Shown: positions 24,381-31,242 of the stretch, piece by piece
Layout of the letters: the number at the start of each line of letters is the position of its first letter
Position numbering within the stretch: the first letter of the stretch is position 1
NCBI GenBank assembly: GCA_029269845.2
Contig: CP149973.1
Span: 1,950,001-1,982,000 of the forward strand
Source of the DNA: Opitutia bacterium KCR 482
GTDB taxonomy: Bacteria; Verrucomicrobiota; Verrucomicrobiia; Opitutales; Intestinicryptomonadaceae
Reading direction: 5' to 3'
Length of the DNA stretch: 32,000 bases
The notes under the pieces: generated by a model
What the model saw: the letters and a program-made list of their open reading frames with translations, nothing else
The model's database searches: none
What the model was told of the DNA's origin: nothing
Program-made: the position numbers and the translations under genes

Positions 24381-24788
24381 ATGAGAAAAATTTCAAATGA
24401 AGGCAGATACGAAACAACCGTAATTTTTGCCGAAGTCAGACAATCCGAAAATACGGGAAAATTCTTCGTGTCGCTCGGGTTCAAAACCGATGACGGCGAA
24501 TGTATTTACACCCGCTTATACCTTACCGACAAGGCGATTGAGCATTCTGTAAAGAAGCTCCGCGACGCGTTCGATTTTGACGGAGATTTCGGCAATATTG
24601 AATCCAGTGTGCTCGACAAACGTTGCAGAATTATCGTAGCCGAGCGCGAATCGGAGAATGGCAGAACCTTTCTCGATGTCAAATACATCAACCGCATCGG
24701 TTCTAATTCAGGCGTAGAGCCGTCGGAAATTTCGCGCCTTTCGGAGGAGGCAAGAAGAGTGATTTCGTCCGAAAACAGCCCGTTTTAG
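24381..24788 (+). CDS. DUF669-like protein (putative ssDNA-binding partner of Sak4-type ATPases)
   Basis: 135 aa with an AGGAG SD upstream. The pattern GRYETTVIFAEVRQSENTGKFFVSLGFKTDDGECIYTRLYL and its position right after the AAA_24 gene fit DUF669. The assignment is from memory only. Confidence 0.6.
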   Translation: MRKISNEGRYETTVIFAEVRQSENTGKFFVSLGFKTDDGECIYTRLYLTDKAIEHSVKKLRDAFDFDGDFGNIESSVLDKRCRIIVAERESENGRTFLDVKYINRIGSNSGVEPSEISRLSEEARRVISSENSPF

Positions 24789-24797
24789 GAGGATGTT

Positions 24798-24935
24798 ATG
24801 AGCAAATTATTTCCCTCTATTTTGATTGCGTTGGACGTTTTGGCGGCGCTTACATACGCCGTCCAAGACGGAGACTGGCGGCATTTTATCTACTGGATTT
24901 CGGCGGCAATTCTCACCGCTTCCGTAACATTCTGA
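24798..24935 (+). CDS. Small hydrophobic (two-helix membrane) peptide, 45 aa; not in the supplied track
   Basis: AGGAGG at 24787-24792, ATG at 24798. Translation: MSKLFPSILIALDVLAALTYAVQDGDWRHFIYWISAAILTASVTF*. It exactly fills the gap between two plus-strand genes. Confidence 0.5.
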   Translation: MSKLFPSILIALDVLAALTYAVQDGDWRHFIYWISAAILTASVTF

Positions 24936-24947
24936 AAGGGTGTTTAG

Positions 24948-25565
24948 ATGAAAAACAAATATCTGAGACTTTTCCCCGATTCGGTGAAAATCATTATGAA
25001 GCTTTCGCCAGTCGGTCAGACCGAAATTTTCGCGGCGATGGACGCGCGCAATAACGGCGATATATTCGAATTTTCCGACAAGGGAGCGGAAGTCGTTTGG
25101 TGGTCGCTTGAAAACCAGTTCAGGCGCGACGACGAAGCCTATTTGAAACGTTGCGAGAAAAACAGAATCGCCTCGAAAATGCGCTGGCAAGCAATCGCAT
25201 CGGAACGAAAGCAAACGCAATCAAACGATAGCATTGAATGCCAAGACAAAGATAAAGACAAGGACAATGAAAAAGACAAAAACCCTGTAAAAGAAAAAAT
25301 AAAGAAAAAAGAAAAGCCTGCGTTCGCAAAGCCCACGATTGAAGAGGTTGCCGCGTATGTCGCCGAAAAAGGCTATTCGGTCAATCCCGCGCGGTTTGTG
25401 GCGTATTACGATTCCAACGGTTGGATTGTCGGCAAGACAAAAATGAAGGATTGGAAAGCCGCAGTCCGCACTTGGGAACTTAAAAACAAGGAAGGAGGAT
25501 ACAATGGATTCGGACAACATCAAAGAGCTGGAACGACTGACGCAATGCACGAAAACGGCTTCTAA
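24948..25565 (+). CDS. Phage replication-associated protein (DUF6291-like N-terminus plus conserved C-terminal module)
   Basis: 205 aa. The C-terminal PTIEEVAAYVAEKGYSVNPARFVAYYDSNGWIVGKTKMKDWKAAVRTWE is a motif I recognise from phage replication-region proteins. The two halves are joined by a Lys/Asp-rich linker (QDKDKDKDNEKDKNPVKEKIKKKEK). Confidence 0.65.
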   Translation: MKNKYLRLFPDSVKIIMKLSPVGQTEIFAAMDARNNGDIFEFSDKGAEVVWWSLENQFRRDDEAYLKRCEKNRIASKMRWQAIASERKQTQSNDSIECQDKDKDKDNEKDKNPVKEKIKKKEKPAFAKPTIEEVAAYVAEKGYSVNPARFVAYYDSNGWIVGKTKMKDWKAAVRTWELKNKEGGYNGFGQHQRAGTTDAMHENGF

Positions 25566-26253
25566 GTGCATTGTATGCGGAAAAGACTTGGGAGCCGACG
25601 CAATTTACTACATAAACGGCGACGCCTTCTGTTCGCAGTCTTGCAGGGATATTTCCGACTATCGCGATAAATACGGCGGGAAAATCGACAAAACCATTGC
25701 CGAATATATCCGCCCGATTTACGCCAACAGCGACGCTGTCCTGCTTGCAAACAGGTTCAATAATGTGGAAAAAGTTCTCGGCTGGAATCCCGCTAAAAAG
25801 TCTCCGAGCGGGTTAATTGTTCACGGAAAAACTGGCTGCGGGAAAACGCGTTGCGTATCGCTACTTTTGATACGCCTTATTTCCGAAAAGCTCTACGGCA
25901 TTGAACGCTCTTTGAAGGTTTTCTATGCGGGTGAACTCGAACGCGCGATTCTATCGGCATTCGGTGGGAATAAGACCACCTATTCAACGCTTATAGAACA
26001 GATTTGCGCCGCAAAGCTTCTTGTCATCGACGATTTCGGGAAAGAAAGATTTACCGAGCGTTTCGAGATAAGCGTTTTCAACATCTTCGAATGCAGAATT
26101 TCGAGATGTCTGCCAACAATAATTACGACAAACTACGTCGGCGAAACGCTAAAATCGCGCTTTTGCGATATGGACAATTTCGCGCCGTTCTACCGCCGAC
26201 TCATCGAATTTAACGAGGCGGTATGCCTATCGCCAAGAAAGAATTTAAAATGA
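25504..26253 (+). CDS. DnaC/IstB-like AAA+ helicase loader with N-terminal zinc-ribbon-like CxxC...CxxxC
   Basis: Strong SD aggagga (25493-25499) before ATG 25504. N-terminal CIVCGKDL...FCSQSCRD. Walker A is HGKTGCGKTRC and Walker B is LLVIDDFGKE; TIITTNY is also present. Confidence 0.85.
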   Translation: MDSDNIKELERLTQCTKTASKCIVCGKDLGADAIYYINGDAFCSQSCRDISDYRDKYGGKIDKTIAEYIRPIYANSDAVLLANRFNNVEKVLGWNPAKKSPSGLIVHGKTGCGKTRCVSLLLIRLISEKLYGIERSLKVFYAGELERAILSAFGGNKTTYSTLIEQICAAKLLVIDDFGKERFTERFEISVFNIFECRISRCLPTIITTNYVGETLKSRFCDMDNFAPFYRRLIEFNEAVCLSPRKNLK

Positions 26254-26771
26254 CTTCATACGCGGAAACATATTCAAACTGGGTTAATGGGCTTTCGCAG
26301 TCGAAGCGCGAAAAGCTCGCCAAAGCGGGGCTGGACAAGCCTTTAATCGACTATCAGACAAATACGCCCGACGATACCGTAATTTTTGCAAAAATGGGCG
26401 TTGAATTTGACTATGACGCGTTGGATGCTGAGTGCGACGTCGACTCCATCGCCGAGATTGTCGAAGAGAAGGCGAAAGCCTATGGCGCGCAGTTGCTTTC
26501 GTGGGTATTTGCCCGATTGCAAGCCCACAAGAGTGCTCGGAGTGCCAGTATCGACCGCGACGCGCTCGTATTCGCGCTTGGTATGGCGAGCCTCGAAGGC
26601 AGAACCGAAACCGCCATCGCCGCGCAATACGGCATTACGAAGGCGGCATTTTCCGTCCGCGTAAAATCGTGGCAAAAGCTTTTGGGATTGTCACCGTCGT
26701 CGTTTATGCGTAGCGAAAAAGCGTGTCGGGCATACCGCAATGCGCGGCTAAAAAATTTGACACGCCGCTAA
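26223..26771 (+). CDS. Hypothetical protein with C-terminal HTH (sigma-70 region-4-like); putative transcription regulator
   Basis: 182-aa track ORF (GAGG lies 4 nt before ATG 26223). The alternative ATG at 26250 forms an ATGA overlap with the DnaC-like stop. The candidate HTH is RTETAIAAQYGITKAAFSVRVKSWQKLLGL. Confidence 0.6.
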   Translation: MPIAKKEFKMTSYAETYSNWVNGLSQSKREKLAKAGLDKPLIDYQTNTPDDTVIFAKMGVEFDYDALDAECDVDSIAEIVEEKAKAYGAQLLSWVFARLQAHKSARSASIDRDALVFALGMASLEGRTETAIAAQYGITKAAFSVRVKSWQKLLGLSPSSFMRSEKACRAYRNARLKNLTRR

Positions 26772-26775
26772 TGGT

Positions 26776-27372
26776 ATGCAGACGCAACTTTCAATCGCTT
26801 CAAAAATCAACGAACTTTACACCCAAGCCGAACTGTTCTCGAAACAGGCAAAGGATACAGCCTCGCAGGCAATATCCATTGCCGTCGAGTGCGGCAGGCT
26901 TTTGAACGACCAGAAAAAATCCGTCGGGCACGGCGCGTGGCTCGGCTGGCTTAAAGAAAATTGCCCGAGTATTTCCGAGAGAACCGCGCAAAAGTATATG
27001 CGCCTTTCCCGCAAGGTCTGCGAGCTTGAAGACTCTTCAAAAACGAATACGGATTCGGATTTGCCGACTGTTTCTTCCGAATGTGTTTCAAAGCTTCTCG
27101 ACGGTTCGCCCAAGACGTTAACGCAAGCCTACATTGCGGCGGGGGTAATTCCAGAGCCGAAGAAGCCCGATGTAAACGCGAGTGTATCCGAGGCTACAAT
27201 CACGTTTACGCGCCATATTGACGCCCTTGTCCTTTGGTATAAAAAGCGCACTGAGCACGACCCGATTGAAAATTGGCAGCCGAATATTCGCGGGCTTCTG
27301 ATAAACGAACTCCGTCCGTGGGTGAAAATCTATAACGAACTTCTCGACCTACAAGACGGAGCTGGCGAATAA
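26776..27372 (+). CDS. DUF3102-family protein
   Basis: IASKINELYTQAELFSKQAKDTASQAISIAVECGRLLNDQKKSVGHGAWLGWLKENCPSISERTAQKYMRLSRKV matches the DUF3102 pattern (HG-W--WL...S-RTAQ-YM) common in phages and plasmids. Confidence 0.8.
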   Translation: MQTQLSIASKINELYTQAELFSKQAKDTASQAISIAVECGRLLNDQKKSVGHGAWLGWLKENCPSISERTAQKYMRLSRKVCELEDSSKTNTDSDLPTVSSECVSKLLDGSPKTLTQAYIAAGVIPEPKKPDVNASVSEATITFTRHIDALVLWYKKRTEHDPIENWQPNIRGLLINELRPWVKIYNELLDLQDGAGE

Positions 27373-27378
27373 TGCTTT

Positions 27379-27450
27379 TGCAGGGTGGTCTAACGGTAGG
27401 ACATCGGGCTCATAACCCGAAGATTGGCGATTCGATTCCGCCCCCTGCAC
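27379..27450 (+). tRNA. Element-encoded tRNA-Met (anticodon CAT) with an initiator-like anticodon arm; no encoded CCA
   Basis: TGCAGGG TG GTCT AACGGTA GGAC A TCGGG CTCATAA CCCGA AGATT GGCGA TTCGATT CCGCC CCCTGCA C. U8, A14, GG, U33 and TTCGA are all present. The anticodon arm is identical to that of E. coli tRNA-fMet. Caveat: the 53:61 pair is an A.C mismatch. The tRNA starts 6 nt after the DUF3102 stop codon. Confidence 0.75.
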
Positions 27451-27495
27451 GCAATTTCACTTGAAACTTCTTATGTTTTTATTCAAAATTAAAGA

Positions 27496-28551
27496 ATGAA
27501 AACGAACATATTTTTAAATTCGTATCAACAACCCGAAAATAAACTTACATATAATTTTTTATCTGTACTTGAATATCTGAACGATAAAAAAATTGTTAAT
27601 TTCCTGACTGGATTAAATGCCGACAAAGAAAAACCTATTGAGAATATTCAAACCGTGTATGGTGGAGGAGAGACAAATCCAGATGGAAGTTTTGATGTCA
27701 TAGCAAATGGCAAGAAAATTACAATATTATATGAAAATAAAACAAATCGCAGAGGATTAAAATCCGAGCAGCTGATTGGACACTTAAGTGGTCGCGACAA
27801 AGATGTTTTACTCTTGGTAACTACGCCACGAATAACAGATAGAAAAATAGTAGATGAAATAAACGATAAAAGAATTATTTTTAAGACTTGGAGCGAATTT
27901 GCTACATTCTTAACGGAAAATTACAAAAATGATTTTATCATTTCTAATTTTGTCGAATATGGAAAACAAAGCGGTGAATTTGAAACATTATGTGAACTTA
28001 ACAGTAAAGATATAAAAATCTTTTGTGACTTTCAAAAATTGAATTTTGATAGAAAAATACGAGAGATTTTTAATACATTTAAGGACTACTTTAATAGTGA
28101 TATTAACAGACTTTATAAAAAGATGGTCTTTTCTTATAAAGATCAATGGGGGAGACGAGGAGCAGAATTTGGGAACGAAAATGAGAATACTTATGGTCAA
28201 TTCGGAGCTTTAGCGTATTATTGGGATACATACGATCACCTGATAAATTTTAAACAAGATAGCATTCCAGAGATAAGTTTCTTTTTTGATGTTCATGAAG
28301 ATAAAAAATCTCTCTTACAGAATGACGAAAATTTTAGAAAAATTGTAAACGATTTAATCTTGCTAGGTTTTGAGAGTAATTTAGACGGGGAATTAACTGA
28401 TAATGTTTGGAGACTTTTAGTTTATAGAAGATCTATAACTTCATTTGATTACCTTACTCCTCAGGTATTGTCATCTTTTGCGAATGAAGTGTTTGAAAGA
28501 CTTATCGCAGTTAAAGCGAACGAACATACATACTTCAAAGAATTGATTTAA
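27496..28551 (+). CDS. AT-rich moron: protein with N-terminal PD-(D/E)xK nuclease-like motif and unknown C-terminal domain (351 aa)
   Basis: An uninterrupted ORF in a region far more AT-rich than its surroundings (sampled 60-nt lines give 18% and 43% GC). Motif layout: E14/E26 in the first helix, P62-D63...D67 (NPDGSFDV), E80-N81-K82 (ILYENKT), then SEQLIGH. That is the order and spacing of the restriction-endonuclease-like fold. Confidence 0.7.
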   Translation: MKTNIFLNSYQQPENKLTYNFLSVLEYLNDKKIVNFLTGLNADKEKPIENIQTVYGGGETNPDGSFDVIANGKKITILYENKTNRRGLKSEQLIGHLSGRDKDVLLLVTTPRITDRKIVDEINDKRIIFKTWSEFATFLTENYKNDFIISNFVEYGKQSGEFETLCELNSKDIKIFCDFQKLNFDRKIREIFNTFKDYFNSDINRLYKKMVFSYKDQWGRRGAEFGNENENTYGQFGALAYYWDTYDHLINFKQDSIPEISFFFDVHEDKKSLLQNDENFRKIVNDLILLGFESNLDGELTDNVWRLLVYRRSITSFDYLTPQVLSSFANEVFERLIAVKANEHTYFKELI

Positions 28552-28647
28552 AATGATTACAGGGAACCTCAAAGGAATCTATTAACCAACGACATACGGC
28601 AGGGACGTTCGGCAGACCGCTTTCTTCTTACGACAGGTAATTTTTGA

Positions 28648-28755
28648 ATTTCCCACTTTTTTTGAAATAGCAAGCTCGCAAGTGTCGTAAAATCGGTGTT
28701 TGCGGGCTTTTTTTATTGCGGGAAATCTGTGGGAAATCAGCAAAATATTTCCCAC
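28648..28755. repeat. Four copies of the 9-mer GTGGGAAAT (two orientations) immediately upstream of the Nu1-like gene
   Basis: atttcccac (28648-28656), gcgggaaat (28718-28726), gtgggaaat (28729-28737), atttcccac (28747-28755). Copies 3 and 4 form a perfect 9-bp inverted repeat with a 9-bp spacer. Copies 2 and 3 are direct repeats 11 bp apart. Copies 1 and 4 share a 13-mer, atttcccactttt. Confidence 0.6.
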
Positions 28756-28777
28756 TTTTGACAGTTTTCTTTTCTAT

Positions 28778-29392
28778 ATGGACGAAAACATAAAAAACAG
28801 GATTCTTGAAGCCAATCTCCAAAATATCGCAAAGAAAGTTGCCGCAGGAAAAACTCTCACAAGTTCTGAACGCGCACTTATCGAAGTGCAAAACGGAGAA
28901 TCCGAAATTAGCAAAACATACGCCGAATCTGTCGTTGATCTTGCGGAAATTCTCGGAGTTTCACGTAGAACTATCGGTAATTGGCGCAAAATTAAGGGCT
29001 CGCCCAAACCTACCGCGAACGGCAAACACAATATTTCCAAATGGAGGCAGTTCATCAAGAAGAACGGACTGAAAGAAGCCGACACGCCAGAAGACGAGGT
29101 TTTGAAGTCGCGAAAACTGCTTGCTGAGGTAAAACAGGCGGAAATTAAGCTGAAAGTGATGGAAGGAACTTATGTGCCGATTGAAAAAGTCCGTGAAGTT
29201 TGGACTATGCACATCGGACAAATCAGAAACATTCTCGAAAGCCGATTTTTAAACGAACTTCCGCCGATACTTACCACCCTTGACGCAATTCAGATTCGTG
29301 AGAAAATGCAGGAAGTTTTGGACGAAACCTATTCCGCGCTTTCCGTCGCGGCAGAGTCAATCAAAGAGCCTGTCGATATTGAAGAATCTTAA
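28778..29392 (+). CDS. HTH DNA-binding protein resembling lambda Nu1-type small terminase subunits
   Basis: I prefer the start at ATG 28778 (MDENIKNRILE...); the track starts at TTG 28700. The HTH is LAEILGVSRRTIGNWRKIKG, followed by a coiled-coil segment LKSRKLLAEVKQAEIKLKVMEGTYVPIEKV, as in Nu1. No large terminase gene follows, so the role is uncertain. Confidence 0.55.
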   Translation: MDENIKNRILEANLQNIAKKVAAGKTLTSSERALIEVQNGESEISKTYAESVVDLAEILGVSRRTIGNWRKIKGSPKPTANGKHNISKWRQFIKKNGLKEADTPEDEVLKSRKLLAEVKQAEIKLKVMEGTYVPIEKVREVWTMHIGQIRNILESRFLNELPPILTTLDAIQIREKMQEVLDETYSALSVAAESIKEPVDIEES

Positions 29393-29664
29393 TAGTCTTC
29401 TGGAAACAACATTGTAGTTGAGCTTCTATCGGCTTCGGTGATTATCCAGAATTTCGTTTTGTCGGGAAGTTCGTATTGGCTTAGAAGCCGACGGCCATTT
29501 TCCAATGATTCGTCGTTTTCTTTCTTATCCTCTTCGCATATTGAACCCCAATCGCAATTCGCGTGGCGCAATAGATATGGGAGAAGCAAATATCTCTTTT
29601 CTTTGCAGTAGTTAAAAAGCGTAGTTGTCGCAACAATCTGCCCGAGTTCAAACTTTTGGTTCAT
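29389..29664 (-). CDS. Small conserved plasmid/phage-associated protein (91 aa) of unknown function
   Basis: MNQKFELGQIVATTTLFNY...CDWGSICEEDKKENDESL...KFWIITEADRSSTTMLFPEDY. I recognise the CDWG...EDK...WIITEADRSxTTxLFPxEY C-terminal signature from small ORFs on mobile elements but cannot name the family. It is the only leftward gene in this stretch. Confidence 0.6.
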   Translation of the reverse strand: MNQKFELGQIVATTTLFNYCKEKRYLLLPYLLRHANCDWGSICEEDKKENDESLENGRRLLSQYELPDKTKFWIITEADRSSTTMLFPEDY

Positions 29665-29794
29665 TGTGTCTTACCTTTCTCTTTTGTCGGTTGTTCATCT
29701 TATTATTATACCATATTTTATGACAATTCGCAACGGTTTTATTTGTCGTTTTCACAATAAAAAACCGAAGAAAAATGTTGCGTATATTATCCAA

Positions 29795-29817
29795 CTATGT
29801 TATTATTAACAACATAG
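29795..29817. promoter_or_regulatory. Inverted repeat in the divergent intergenic region (possible operator)
   Basis: ctatgtt (29795-29801), 9 nt spacer, aacatag (29811-29817), 26 nt upstream of ATG 29843. The sequence is AT-rich, so a chance occurrence is not negligible. Confidence 0.3.
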
Positions 29818-29842
29818 ACCAACAAGAACAAAGGCAAGATAT

Positions 29843-30460
29843 ATGAATCAATACGATACAATGACAATCACCGAAGAACAGGCAAAACGCTATAAATTCC
29901 CCGCGAAGGCAGTCGGATATTGGGCGGTAGTCGAGGAAACCCAAGAACAAATGGTTCTGCACCGACTCACGAAAAGCGGGCAATTAGGAAGCGACAGACC
30001 GAACAATATCCTGAAAGTAAAAAAGCTCGATATTGCGGAAATATTCAAGCCAGAAAAGTTCCAAGATGAAAAGGTATTAACCGCTACAGCAAGCGACGGA
30101 AAAGAAGTTGTGATTGTCCGTAGTAGAACTGTCGATATTTCAGACAACGCCGACGAGCCGAAAATAGAAAGCTTTCCCGAAGAAAACGTTAAGATTGACG
30201 AACCCACATCCGACAATGATTGGAAGAATCTAAACATCGGCACGCGAAAATCTCGATGGATAGCGCAACTAATCGAGAAGATGAAATCCGAACCGTTTAC
30301 TGGGCAATTCATCGAGAAAGTCGGCGAGAGAAAATTTGTCGAACAGGTTTTGAGGGATACAAATTCCAAACGTCGCGGAGGAAAAGTTTACAGTTCCATC
30401 GAAACCGCAATGACAACTTGGAATTCCCGCATTATGAAAGGATTCGGCTATGCCGAGTAA
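29843..30460 (+). CDS. Hypothetical protein (205 aa)
   Basis: Track ORF with an ATG start and aaagg upstream. Composition is protein-like and acidic/lysine-rich. No recognisable domain. Confidence 0.6.
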   Translation: MNQYDTMTITEEQAKRYKFPAKAVGYWAVVEETQEQMVLHRLTKSGQLGSDRPNNILKVKKLDIAEIFKPEKFQDEKVLTATASDGKEVVIVRSRTVDISDNADEPKIESFPEENVKIDEPTSDNDWKNLNIGTRKSRWIAQLIEKMKSEPFTGQFIEKVGERKFVEQVLRDTNSKRRGGKVYSSIETAMTTWNSRIMKGFGYAE

Positions 30461-30803
30461 TAATTTCTACCACATATTTTGCACTGCCGGCGAACGCGTA
30501 ATATACGAAGGGCGTTTCCAATGTCCTTCAAGAAAAGCCGCAATAACGCTCTTGCGCGAAAAGGTCGGACGACGAAATTTATCGGGCTTAACGTATTCCA
30601 TAACGGAAATCCCCGTCGATATAATCAAGGAAGTTGTCGATTCGATAATCAATAAGAAGCCCGTTCCCGAAGGCGACATTATCACACACGACAAAACAAA
30701 ATCAATCCCGCCAGCTGGGTTTGCTTCGATAATTTGCAATAAACGCAATCCAATGGCGGCGCACGGAATTGCCAATACAAGGAGAAGGCTTGGAGGGTTT
30801 TGA
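30450..30803 (+). CDS. Hypothetical protein (117 aa)
   Basis: Track ORF. The ATG overlaps the previous gene by 11 nt, and the stop overlaps the next ATG (TGATG). No recognisable domain. Confidence 0.5.
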   Translation: MPSNNFYHIFCTAGERVIYEGRFQCPSRKAAITLLREKVGRRNLSGLTYSITEIPVDIIKEVVDSIINKKPVPEGDIITHDKTKSIPPAGFASIICNKRNPMAAHGIANTRRRLGGF

Positions 30804-31219
30804 TGAAATACCTTCTCGACCTAAACCAGACGCTTGTCGACCGCGAGAAAGACGCGCCGAGAATTCGACCGTTCGAGCTTCAAATTGAGCGCGAAACATA
30901 CCGCCAGTGGCTCGTTGAAATCTTGCGAAATAGCTATGTAATTCTGATAACGGCGCGCCCCGTAAAATACAAACAAATGACACTCGAGCGGATTTTGGCA
31001 CTCACAAATTGGCAGCCTCGGGAAGCGTATTTCGCGGAAATTAAAACGCTCCCACACCTAAAAAAGGAACATCTCTTGCGCAAATACATTCTTCCAAGAT
31101 TTAACCCCGACGAGCTTTTCGGGATAGAGAGCAATCCTAAAACCCGCGCGATATATTCAAATTACGGAATAAATTCAACTCCCGCAATCGACGAAAACGG
31201 CGTCAAAATATCGCTCTAA
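30803..31219 (+). CDS. HAD-like small hydrolase-fold protein (non-canonical DxN motif I), function unknown
   Basis: ggaggg SD (30793-30798) before ATG 30803. MKYLLDLNQTLVD has the HAD motif-I layout, with Asn replacing the second Asp. VILITARP resembles motif II, a later Lys resembles motif III, and FGIESNP is a motif-IV-like end. The assignment is weak. Confidence 0.5.
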   Translation: MKYLLDLNQTLVDREKDAPRIRPFELQIERETYRQWLVEILRNSYVILITARPVKYKQMTLERILALTNWQPREAYFAEIKTLPHLKKEHLLRKYILPRFNPDELFGIESNPKTRAIYSNYGINSTPAIDENGVKISL

Positions 31220-31242
31220 ATTTGACACTTCCGCCGTTATGT

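Noticed and set aside
23587-25220. Minus-strand ORFs 23587..24000, 24013..24357 and 24807..25220.
   Set aside because: They are antisense to well-supported plus-strand genes (Sak4-like, small peptide/DUF6291-like) and have no RBS or recognisable motif.
25240-25320. A repetitive gataaagacaaggacaa... stretch, considered as a possible tandem repeat or CRISPR-like array.
   Set aside because: It is in-frame, low-complexity Lys/Asp coding sequence within the 24948..25565 gene. It has no repeat-spacer architecture.
27379-28700. The second tRNA as the attachment site of a nested island carrying the AT-rich gene.
   Set aside because: No recombinase is adjacent, and no direct repeat of the tRNA-Met 3' end is visible downstream of the AT-rich gene. 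I describe it as a moron next to a phage tRNA instead.
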